Assembly (NCBI GenBank): GCA_051362555.1
Contig: CM120643.1
Span: 6,138,001 to 6,202,000 of the forward strand
Source: Lingula anatina
Taxonomy: Eukaryota > Animalia > Brachiopoda
DNA: 64,000 nucleotides
Direction of reading: 5' to 3'
The notes under the pieces: model-generated
Seen by the model: only the letters and a program-made list of their open reading frames with translations
Databases searched by the model: none
Told to the model about the DNA's origin: nothing
Program-made: the position numbers and the translations under genes
In this document: positions 23,906-34,800 of the stretch, one piece after another
Layout of the letters: each line of letters starts with the position of its first letter
Numbering within the stretch: the stretch's first letter is position 1

Positions 23906-24781
23906 TTAAAACTTAACAAGCTGTTTCTTCTCCTGCCTGTGAGCATCCTCTCCAGCCTCATTTGATGAGAAAAGTAGGCAGTAACCATACACACAAACTG
24001 CCTTCAGTGTCTGGAACACCAATAAGTCCTCCACCAGTGCCACTCCTACCAGAGCAGCCCAGTTGTACACAGCGCTGTCACTCAGCTCTCCACCATACAC
24101 AATGCTGAGATATACTGCCATAGCCATGGAGACGACCAGCAAAATGAATGCTGGATAGATCAAAAAGTGGGGCAACTTTCCGTCCTGCTTTCTGTTGACC
24201 ATCATCTCCAGCGACTTCAGCTCAGTGTATGGCACCTCATCTGATAGTTCTGGAACATTTTGTGTGGAAATGAATTATTGCCAAAAGTATGTGGAAGTTT
24301 AACTACAAAATGATGCCGGCTAATATTACCCCTGTTTAACATCACAATCACTGTTTTAATTATAATAAGGGCAAGGAAGCTTATGTTGGAATCAATGCTC
24401 TAAATATCTTCAAAATGTAAGCTGAAGCTGGATAACATGAAAATGCATTATCCTTTTTTTATATATTCATTCCTTTTTAAAATAATTTACTGAAATGACA
24501 GACATTGATGATACCAAAATGGACAATTACCTTCCCAAATATTAACTGCTACATCATGTGCATTGTCTTTCCTCTTGCTGTTGTCTAAAATTGCATTAAA
24601 CAAGGGATATGTAAAGGGAAATATAAAAAGTTATTTGTTTGAGCCATATATTGCTACTGTTGTACATAAATTAGGAAACAGTAAATCAAAATTTTAGGAT
24701 GTTACATCTGTTCTACGCTATCAAAAAGGATTAAAAAACATCATCATATAGACATGTCTACAGCATAATATAATGGCATAC

Positions 24782-24820
<39 letters not shown>

Positions 24821-27800
24821 TACCTGGGATGAGAAAACTTGGGTTGAAGTGAGCAATGAGACTGTAAAAAGATGCAACATCTGCATTTCTGTAGCTGGAA
24901 ATCTTCCCAGCATGGGATTTTGGGATTTCTGCCTGCATCTCCTTTTGCATATTAGAGTTTAGCCTAGGGTTGTTAGGAGGAGGAGCATATGTGTAGCTGA
25001 GTGTTTTCTGAAATATTGAAAATCATCCAATAATTGATTCTGCTGACTGGTTAATATAGTCAAAATATTCCACAGATGGGGACATTTATTCTGGTGGTGG
25101 TTTGATATTGCACTATAATACCTCAATATTAGTATAATGTCTTTTTATGTTCTTAGTATATGTATATGTGCTTATAAGTCAAGCCAAATATATTGTCAAA
25201 CATTACAGGAATGATACAAGTGTCTGTTTTTACATGTATGTCTCAAAGGCAATCCATGATATCTGTACAGGCACATACATGCATGCACAAACTAAAAATA
25301 GAAAAAAAGTAATAAATACCTCTTTCTTGCTGTCCACATCTCCCATGGCAACCATATCTTCCTTGACAACCAAATTTTCCTTGGCAACCATTTCTTCAAT
25401 CTGTGCCATAGCCTGGTGTTCAACAGTTGCACGTGCCAAATCATAGTCCTTCTCAAAGTCATAAGCCACCTGTTTCATCATGGTCTCCACACTTCCATGC
25501 ACAACTTGTTGAAACCCATCACTGATTGTGCAACTGCAAATAAAAAAAACAAACTAATTAATGAATATTTCTTCAATCAAGAAATGTTGCCAAGAATTAG
25601 TATTATTGGTAGAATAACACTCTGACTATAGTTACTAACTCCATTTACACACTCAGAACATGTGTCACATTAGCAAGAAAATGTGAAATCATTTCATTAC
25701 TGTGAATATTAAACTCAAATGAAATAGTCTATGAAATGAAACAAGTGTCCAGCCCCATACAGAATCAGTCATGGCTATGAGCAAGACCTGTGGTCAACTC
25801 CCAAAACTAAAGACAAATTTAACTTTATTCCAACATAACTGTGAAATGAGGAGTCTTAAAATGAACACACAAAATAAACTGTCTCCTTACATGTCATCAT
25901 ACTGAGGCTCATCTTCCAGGTTCTGCAGCATGGTGTCACCAGTGTCCTCTCTGTCATAGCACCTGATATTGTACATTGCTACATCATATATGCCATTCAC
26001 AAGGAATGTTCCTATATTGACAAGGAGGCTGGAGAGGAAGATACCTCTATCAAGCTGAATGACACCAACAGCACTGAGAAGGATACTGGTAAGCAGCATG
26101 TTTGCAAACATGTAGTTCAAGGTGCTGTTAAACCACAGAAGGACAGGGGCCAGCTTCAAGCTGGAACAGCGTGTCCATCCATGACAAGACCACAAATACA
26201 GAAGGCAAGTTTGCAGTCCAAACCTGAAAAATATTTTAATAAATTAAAAAATGTATATCAAATATCAAAGTACAGACATTTTACATGAAAATTACTACGA
26301 GTACATTCCATGTTGAAGAAAAACTGAATACTACATTAAAAAATCAGAATATGTATCATTATTATTATTATCTTTCATATTTTATTTGTTGATAACTTGT
26401 CAAAGCAGACATTTCAAAGTACATCATATGCTTATTTATCAATTGTGAGAAAGTCTCCAACTTACCTGTAGTTCTTACAAGACTTCAAAGTGGTGTATCC
26501 CACTGTGAGGCATCCATTGCTGCTGAAGTGGGATTCACAGCCAGATACTGTATCATATACTGTTATATCCAGCACATTCCTTCAATGAAAGAAAAATAAT
26601 AATAAAAATTCACTCAAATTTCTTTATACAAAATATGTAAAAATATCTACTATAAATAACATAACAATATGAATATAAGTTAAACTACAGATGCATCCAA
26701 GGTATTCAAGACACAAAGCATATTTCAGAACAATGACAAAAATAATCTTCATTTGATTTGCAGAACTTTCTTTATACAGGTCCAATAGTGTAAATATGTT
26801 TGTGATGTTCCAGTTTGTATTTTTAAAATTACCATTGAGCTCCTGGTCTATCACTGATGTACACCACAACCTTCTTCAGTTTTCCCAGGGACTCTGAGTT
26901 TAAAATAAAAAAGATTCACTATAATGATTAAATGTTAGTGTGTTGTTTTAGAGTACAACATGCATCAAATATAACAGAGTTGTAGTTTAATTCTAAAAAT
27001 AAATTTAGTTAATGCATAACAATACCATAAGAACCCTGTTTTACAAATCACCAAGAATTCTTGCACTAACTCTCTCTGAACATGCTCTGCACTTAACTTT
27101 ATGATAAAAAGTCAACATAACTTAGTTAACATGATACTTTAAGTAATAGTAATCAAATATAATATAGCCACTGACTGAGATGAACAGCAAACTGGGACCT
27201 GATGTTCCAGTTAAGACTGTACATGCTGAATTGAATGTAATAAAGTAAATGGCAGTTAGCTGCTAATAATACTGTTGAATCAATATTTGCAGGAAAAGAA
27301 ATTTATATGTGCGCCAAAATATTCAAGATACTCACCTTTTGTATACAAAAGAAACCATTTCTTCTGTCCTACCCCAAGGAAATTGTGCTTCCTCCCACGT
27401 TCATTCAGATTATATTCAGGAGATACCCCCTGGTCTCCTATCAACTGCAATCTGACTTTGGGTGTCTTTACTGCTACAAAACAACATATTTCTATAGTTT
27501 GGAATAAATACAGTTAAATAACAACTTCAACAATTATATAACTGTAAGACTCGCCTATATTTCTATTTCTATTTTTGTCATTTATTAAAATATATTATTA
27601 TTATTATTTTCTTTCACACAATGATAACTAGTTTAAGCTTTTCAACAAGGATCAGAATCAACAACTTGAAAGATCTTAGCATCACTTTTACCTCTTTTCA
27701 GCCCATTTTGAACTGCTACCATGTATCTATAGTGATGTTCACCAGAATATTTGGGAACAACTATGATACCACTCTGCTTTCTCTGAAATGATAATGACCA

Positions 27801-28358
27801 CTATAATTATAAGACAAAGGAAAAGAAAGGAAATGAAAGGAAAGAAATGTAAATATAAAACAATAATGTTATGAAAATGATTACAGCAGAAACAAAGTAA
27901 TTTCCAGTTCTTCATCATAATTACCTATTTTATATTTTAAAGTTATCTAACACAGAAATTCATAAGAGATAACTGTTTTTATACTTTCATGCAGACTAAA
28001 TTTAAAATGTACAACACAAAATTTTGTTTCAGTACCTTCTTCCAATCGAACCAAATAATATAACTTGTGCTGAGTAACATTATGCCCAAAAACGCAAAGA
28101 TGAATACAAATGTGAGTTTGTGGTACACCATGAACTTTTGTGGAGCTTTTTTCAAGGCAAAAGCTAGCAAAGAAAAGAAAGGATGTAGCTTAAAAATGGA
28201 AAGCAAGGAAGCAACCAAGGGCAAAGAGAAGTATAGAAAAACACGATTAATTTAAATGAATATAAAAAAATAGAGAAAGTAGGGTCTAATGAATTAGTCT
28301 CAAACAAAACAAAACAATAACACAAAGTAAGATGCTGAATGCATGGAACTTTGACAAA

Positions 28359-28391
<33 letters not shown>

Positions 28392-28586
28392 CATCACAAT
28401 TTGTGCTAAATGAATGGTGAAAAAACATTGGTTCCCCGTGAGTTGTTTTAATGTATATCGCCTGCTTTGTAAACAAGAAAGGTGCAAAAGAGTTACATAA
28501 GTCTATAGTTTGATGATATACTTACCTCCATGGAGAGGTTGCATGAGTAGCAACATCAACAAAACTTTGATCTTCAAGTTCTTCAT
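23906..28586 (-). CDS. Truncated polycystin-1 (PKD1)-family protein: signal peptide, TM1, PLAT/LH2, TM2-5; ~555 aa
   Basis: Exons 28586-28526, 28163-28036, 27782-27692, 27473-27336, 26893-26833, 26579-26466, 26223-25891, 25533-25320, 25007-24824 and 24249-23906. All are GT-AG and phase-compatible, totalling 1668 nt with no internal stop. Signal peptide MKNLKIKVLLMLLLMQPLHG; TM1 ending ...IIWFDWKK; PLAT motifs YRYMVAVQNG...KVRLQLIGDQGVS...FLLYTKESLGKLKKV...WNVLDITVYDTVSG...F; PKD1-type TM4-5 LPHFLIYPAFILL...IVYGGEL...NW...EDLLVFQTLKAV. Confidence 0.85.
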
Positions 28587-28729
28587 ACTGGCAATTTTTT
28601 ATATGTTCTCCCTGTATCAAATAATATGAAGCCGTGTACAACAAACACGTATATTTAAAAAAGAAGTCGCGATTCAGCGAATAAACGAGAAATTATCGAT
28701 ATTTCAAACAATTTGGACGGAGTTGACTT

Positions 28730-28800
28730 TGACTTCCGCCCAAATCTCACAAATGTCTGTTGCTAATTGACGTCACAGACACAATCAGCTCACGTGACCA
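28730..28800 (-). promoter_or_regulatory. Putative promoter of the mini-polycystin gene
   Basis: About 150-200 bp upstream of the ATG are an ETS-like ACTTCCG (~28732), an RFX-like half site GTTGCTAA (28759), a full CRE TGACGTCA (28768-28775) and an E-box TCACGTGA (28790-28797). Confidence 0.55.
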
Positions 28801-28994
28801 TTGTGCTGGGATGTGCGTTAAAACAGCCAAATCGATAAAACAATAATAGTTATAAATAACATTCACCTTGATTGGGGCTTTAATAAATTACTTTAAAGAG
28901 GATAAGTATGGTTTATGTTATTTTTCGTATTTGTTTGAATATATGCATATAGATCTACTTAAATAGAAGACAGAGGAAGACTGGCTACGCTAAG

Positions 28995-29217
28995 CAGGGG
29001 CGGATCCAGGATTATTTGAAGAGGGTGTCCGCGGATGCGAAGTCGAGCCCCCCGCCCTTTGGCGTGGGTTCGGGGCCTGCTGAAGATCCCCGAAAAAATG
29101 TTATTTTTTGAGGGCAGACGGTGTCATTTGGTATTGATTGAAATTATGATTCAGCTAGTCAAAATTCTAATTTCAGGAGGGGATCATTGGTGTGATTTTG
29201 TTACAGAAATTGAAAAA

Positions 29218-29251
<34 letters not shown>

Positions 29252-29262
29252 AGGAGCCCCCT
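28995..29262 (+). mobile_element. hAT-like MITE with poly-G tract
   Basis: Starts CAGGGGCGGATCCAGG and is homologous to 18868-19077. A G run lies at 29218-29250. Confidence 0.6.
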
Positions 29263-29837
29263 GAATAAAGGTTAGACATGAATCTCAGCAATATTATTAT
29301 TACTTAAATACATATCTGAATCCTGCACATGTGCACACACACACACGCGCGCACTGGTATATGCACACTATATTGCAGAGCACAATTTAGCCTTTGACAC
29401 AAGAGCTCCGAGAACTGGAGTAGTTTGCAATGGATGTCAACGTAAGCGACGCAGATGTGTCAACCTCATCCACCAGATCCAAAGGCGTTCCAAAATGAGC
29501 CCAACACACTTAAAAACATGTCATACAAAGTTTAAATACCTCTACTGAGTATGTAAAATTCAACAAGTATGTAAAAGTCAAGATTTCGTCGCTGTCAGTC
29601 ACAAGCAGGTACCTCTGTCTAAACGGCCTTGACCTATAATCATATTATTTCACTAGAGTCTATGCCAATCTAAGTGTGCATATATTTAATTTTATTTCTT
29701 CACCATGATTTTCTGTCGCAAAAGATGTCCTAAATAAATAACTAACCACACTAGAATGACTTTATTTTCTAGTTTGATATGAGTGTGGTTTGTGTGACTT
29801 CATTGAGGTGGGTAACAGTTAAGACAATTCCTTTTTG

Positions 29838-30213
29838 AACGGTGACAAGTGGGTCGAGTCCATTCGATTTGAGAAGTTACAGTTAGGACGAGTCCATTCT
29901 ATTTGAGGGGTAACAGGTAGGGCGAGTCTATTCCATTTGAGGGGTTGCAGGTGGGGCGAGTCCATTCCATCTGAGGGGTGACAGGTGGGCCAAGTCCATT
30001 CTTTTTGAGGGGTGGCAGGTGGGGTGAGTCCATTTCATCTGAGGGGTGACAGGTGAGGCGAGTCCATTCCATTTGAGGGGTGACAGGTGAGGCGAGTCCA
30101 TTCCATCTGAAGGGGTGACAGGAGGGACGAGTTCATTTCATCTGAGGGGTGACAGGTGGGGCGATTCCATTCTTTTTGAGGGGTGACAGGTGAGGCGTGT
30201 TCGTCCGATTTGA
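29838..30213. repeat. ~34-bp minisatellite (~10-11 copies)
   Basis: The unit GAGGGGTGACAGGTGGGGCGAGTCCATTCCATCT repeats and degenerates toward the left end. Confidence 0.9.
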
Positions 30214-32257
30214 GGAGCGCATGCACGTAAAATCACCACAAAATTACATTATAATGTCCGTGCAATTAACTTTATAAAATATATTTTTTTAAATATTGTG
30301 TTAGCAAAGTTTTGGGGGGATATAAACTTGTATCATGCAGAATTAATCATAAAATTATTGGTCTTAAAAATTTGCTTTTCCACAATTTCATATAAATATA
30401 ACCTTTTTGTCGGTACATTTGTGACTGTGTAGAAATTAATCTACATCACAAAATTAAATTAAGGGATCAATATATTTAAAACATTTTTTTTAAAGAAGCC
30501 AGTTTCAACTGTTGCCATTTCAAGTGTCTCTCAACTTTCTCATTTTTTCCGTTTAAATTTTAAATTTAAGTATTCATATGATAAGAAGATCGTGAAATTT
30601 AAATCAATTTTCTGCAACAATAACCAGAATCCTTCAAAAATGGACCCATATTAAAATTGAGAGAATGATATCCGGGAGGACGTATTCATTTATTCCAAGA
30701 AATATAAAACAACTATCTAACTACAGAATAAAATACAGAATAGCTTTTCAAAAAGCAAAATCGTAAATTCACACATATTGTATTTATAAATGTGGGCTGT
30801 TGGAAAATCTTGAACGTGTATTCTTAAAATGCTCAAACTCAATAATTTACAAAATACTAGGAATATTTACTAACTTTTTAAAAAAAGCTTTTGGTTTTAG
30901 ATATCTTCTGTTACTGCAGAAATCAACAATCCCAAACACAATATTTACAGATCAGTTTTAGCGGATAAAATTCGAAAGTGCTCAAACATATGAATAGTTA
31001 TCATACCTTTATTATTACCACTATTTTTATCGACATCATTTCATATCAAAGTTAAAGAAACAAGCAATGACAAACTTATCTATCCAGCTTTTATTAAAAT
31101 ACAATAGTTGCATGAATTTGCGTTTGGTTCCAGAAAGTGAATGAAAGGCTTGGTTGCTAGCAGGCGGGTGTTGTGCAGTACTCAGTATCTCAGCTGACTT
31201 CTGAAATGAGAAAGTAATGTAATACAATATTTGACTAAACGGGCAGACTTGGAAAATACAACAAATGCATTTTACATCAAAGAAAAGAGGGTGCTTGAAA
31301 TGATGTGGGTGTTTACTGACTTGTCAGATGTTCAGGCTCAGATAGCACCCCTCAAAAAACCAATCTACATCGTGGTGACCTTACGCCAAAATTAAGATCT
31401 GAGGTTATTGATAAAGATACGGTATTTGAGATTTCTTGCTTTGAAAAAATAAACATTGAAAACAATTCTTTAATTCGTGGAGGTTATTACTAAGGACGTT
31501 AATTTATTTTACCTACTATTCAATGTTGTAATATCGAAAATCGCTATGCAACACGCGTTTGTGCGTCATATTTTGACCATAAAATTGATGTACACGTTGA
31601 TAGGGCACACTTGTCTTTGGACCAAAAGCTCAGAACTGTGGCAAGTACAGTATTATCATCTAAATTAGTCCGTGATTTTTGTGGTAATATTCCCATTTAC
31701 TTTTAAGCTAGCTTATATTCTGAGTGACATAAAAGAAACGACAGGCAAAACATAACAAAGAATCGCAACATAAATACTTTTTAACGTAATTTTCCTTGCA
31801 TTCTTTCACGCTTTGTATATCTACTGACTAAGGTTACTGAAGAAAAAATGATACTTACGGGACATGCATTTGTGTCTTCGCCTCATAAAAGTTCGACCTT
31901 GCAGCTGTACCACACATGCTGTTGCCTCTTCACCCTGATGTGTCCTACTGCCTAGTGAGCATTGGGGAAGACAGCTCGCACTACGATGAGCAACTTATTG
32001 TTATGCAAATTACAGACAGGTATGGCCCATTTTAGGTGAGGGACTGTGGCTGGAACTGTTCACGAATGTTCACTGCCAAAATCATGTATATGAAGATTTG
32101 ACTGAGGTCCACTTGTTGTTAAAATACACCACTTTATTCCACAAATATAGCGCATGCATCTTTAATCATGCGGTTTGATTCAACACTTCCACAAAACTCA
32201 ACGCCAGGGAAAGAGAATGCTGATAGTGGCGGATTTAGAGGGGGCCAGGGAGGTCGT

Positions 32258-32491
32258 GACCCCCTCTTCGGTTTCTGAAAAAATTACACTAATATTCCCC
32301 TCTTGTTTTGATTTTTTTCAATTGAGGCTTACTGTCTGGTAACTCTCAGATTTAGGTTGATGATTTTGAGTTTCTATGACCCCCTCTTCGGTTTCTGAAA
32401 AAGTTACACTAATATTCCCCTCTTGTTTTGATTTTTTTCAATTGAAGCTTACTGTCTGGTAACTCTCAGATTTAGGTTGATGATTTTGAGT
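32258..32491. repeat. Near-perfect ~119-bp tandem duplication next to a MITE end
   Basis: TGACCCCCTCTTCGGTTTCTGAAAAA.TTACACTAATATTCCCC...GATTTTGAGT occurs twice. It is preceded by the MITE terminus TAGTGGCGGATTTAGAGGGG at ~32224. Confidence 0.85.
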
Positions 32492-33140
32492 AACAGCAAG
32501 CTGACTTCAAGTAGTAGACCTAGTAGTTAAAATAGAATAAAGAAAAAATATAAGGTCGCAAATCGCAAAGAGATATTATAGGGAAAGATGATGACGAATT
32601 TTCCGTTTTGAAAAAGAAATTAAAAATAGGTCCTAATGCAATAGGCGATTAAGGACAGTAGTACCAAAAATGCGATCAAAATCCATTTCCGGCTATATTT
32701 TGCTTGTTATACCTTTAAAAATTAATAACTACAGGGTTACTACTTAATACTTTGTTGCTTTTGCATGGGGGCACGTACGAGCGCTCGAGAGAGAGAGAGA
32801 GAGAGAGTATTTATTTAATGTTAGAACGTGATATTAGACTACAATGTGATTTCTTTGACTTTCATTTGAAAAAATGATGTCCTTTTTGAATGTGGCAGGC
32901 ATCATGTTTGTAGAATGTGGCGTCACTTACAATGACCAGTTCGAAAGAAAGTTGAAATAACTAGATTTTGCAAATTAGATAGATAATATATAATAATTTA
33001 TTAAACCAATAAAATACAAATGTATAACATCTGGAAGTTTTTGCCCTGTAATAGCATCATTATTGAATAAAACTTTTTAAATGTACTAAAATGAAATTAC
33101 GTATTAGTGTTAAAAAGAGTTACTGCTGAAGGATAAAAGC

Positions 33141-33337
33141 TACATGAAAGGAAAATCGCCTAATCTTTTAATAGTCTCTCCGCCTCTCACACGCCTCCGC
33201 CCCCCCCCCCCCCCCACCCCATGCATCGTCCCTGCGGGGTACAGTCATTAAATCTCGGCTCCATCGGGACGACACATGGGGAGGCGTGTGAGAGGCGGAC
33301 AGACTATTAAAAGATTAGGCGGTTTTCCGTTCATGTA
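33141..33337. mobile_element. ~200-bp palindromic MITE
   Basis: TACATGAAAGGAAAATCGCCTAATCTTTTAATAGTCT.TCCGCCTCTCACACGCCTCC pairs with GGAGGCGTGTGAGAGGCGGA.AGACTATTAAAAGATTAGGCGGTTTTCCGTTCATGTA. There is TA at both ends. Confidence 0.8.
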
Positions 33338-34800
33338 CGTCCGCCATATTTAGGTCGTGGCTTTGTAGAGCCATGGCTCAACTCGATGTGAATGCGGCCT
33401 AAAATAGACATATTCCTGGTAAAAGCGTTCAATTTCCTTAGAAATTACCTTCACTGTCTTGCCTTTTTAAATCATTTCGTGAAGACACTCATCAATATAA
33501 AATGTGTCTCTCTTTGCTCTCTTTGTCTCTCAAATGTAAAACCGCGTAGTATGACACAAATGAAAAACACAGTCTCACACTAAGGTAATACACATTGCAA
33601 GTAATACTTCTTATTATATATGAACAACTTCATTCTACATTTGTACAGAGGTTCTTTTGTTATTTCGGATCGGTATATAATGAACAAACGTGTCAAGAGA
33701 CGCGTATTAAGACATTTTAACGATATTCTTTAGTGAGATAAATGGTTAAAAACGTTGATTTTATGGACTACTATGTATATTATGTATATATTTACAGCGG
33801 TCAACGGCTTGTCACATCTAGCACATTTCCATTAATTCTGTGGTTGTCGTCACAACCATGTTGAGACAGGACAGACGTCAGAATATACCGCGTATGTGAA
33901 AAAATGTTTTTACGTATGGACCGAGCCCCCTATGCTAAAATATCATTTCCCGAGGAAATGAAATATATATGCATCGCTTCAAATTAGGCCTACATTTCTT
34001 TCATAAGATAATATTAAATGTCATCTTAGAGTTGTACTGGTATGTTGAACAATCATGTGATATATGATATGTGTTGAAGACGTGTGAATGGAAGAGTACT
34101 GACCGCTTGATTTAACTGGCGGATATTGGCGAGGTATAATAGATTGTTACCATTCGCGTAAAATAACTGGTTATTAACTGGTACATGAAAGTATTGGCAG
34201 TTTCAACCTCCCATCACATAATCCCAGCAGTCGAGTTAAAACTGGCGGCGAATGAACATGTGTAAATTTAAAAAGAAAAATAGTATTTTCCATTCATCAA
34301 TACCTCTGGAGATGTCACGTTGTCTTTTGGCGTAGTCACTGTATTACACCTATACTAACTTATCAGTGTAATGATTAACGTGTGTTTATATGACTGTCAA
34401 TTTCATTCAGGGTAGATAAGGTGAGCTGAAAACTTTAATCTCTTTTTTAAACAGCTGTCAGAAGTTCATCATTTTTCTCCAATGAACAAAGCTTATAAGC
34501 TAAGTTATTTTCACCTCACCTGTGATAAAATAGATCGCACTACATGTAGTGTGTTTCACCAGCTAGTGATAATATACATATTTTATACTACGCAAATAAA
34601 GAGTTCCTTTGTTTTCTCCCACTCAAATTTATACTTCTGAGGGCCATGACTCTCTTCGACAGCTTTAGTTATCATCTGAGTGTTAATTGAGATTGGCGTT
34701 TGTTTATGGTAAAATTTGATTTGTTATGTAGGCCTAAATGGTATTTTTCTCTAAGTGGCTTTTGATCCTCTTTTTTTCTGACACTCGCCGCACATTAGTA

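Noticed and set aside
26624-26869. Hydrophobic 81-aa ORF as a TM exon of the polycystin-like gene
   Set aside because: It is out of frame with the PLAT exon 26893-26833 and mostly intronic; the phase-2 splice to 26579 continues the PLAT domain without it.
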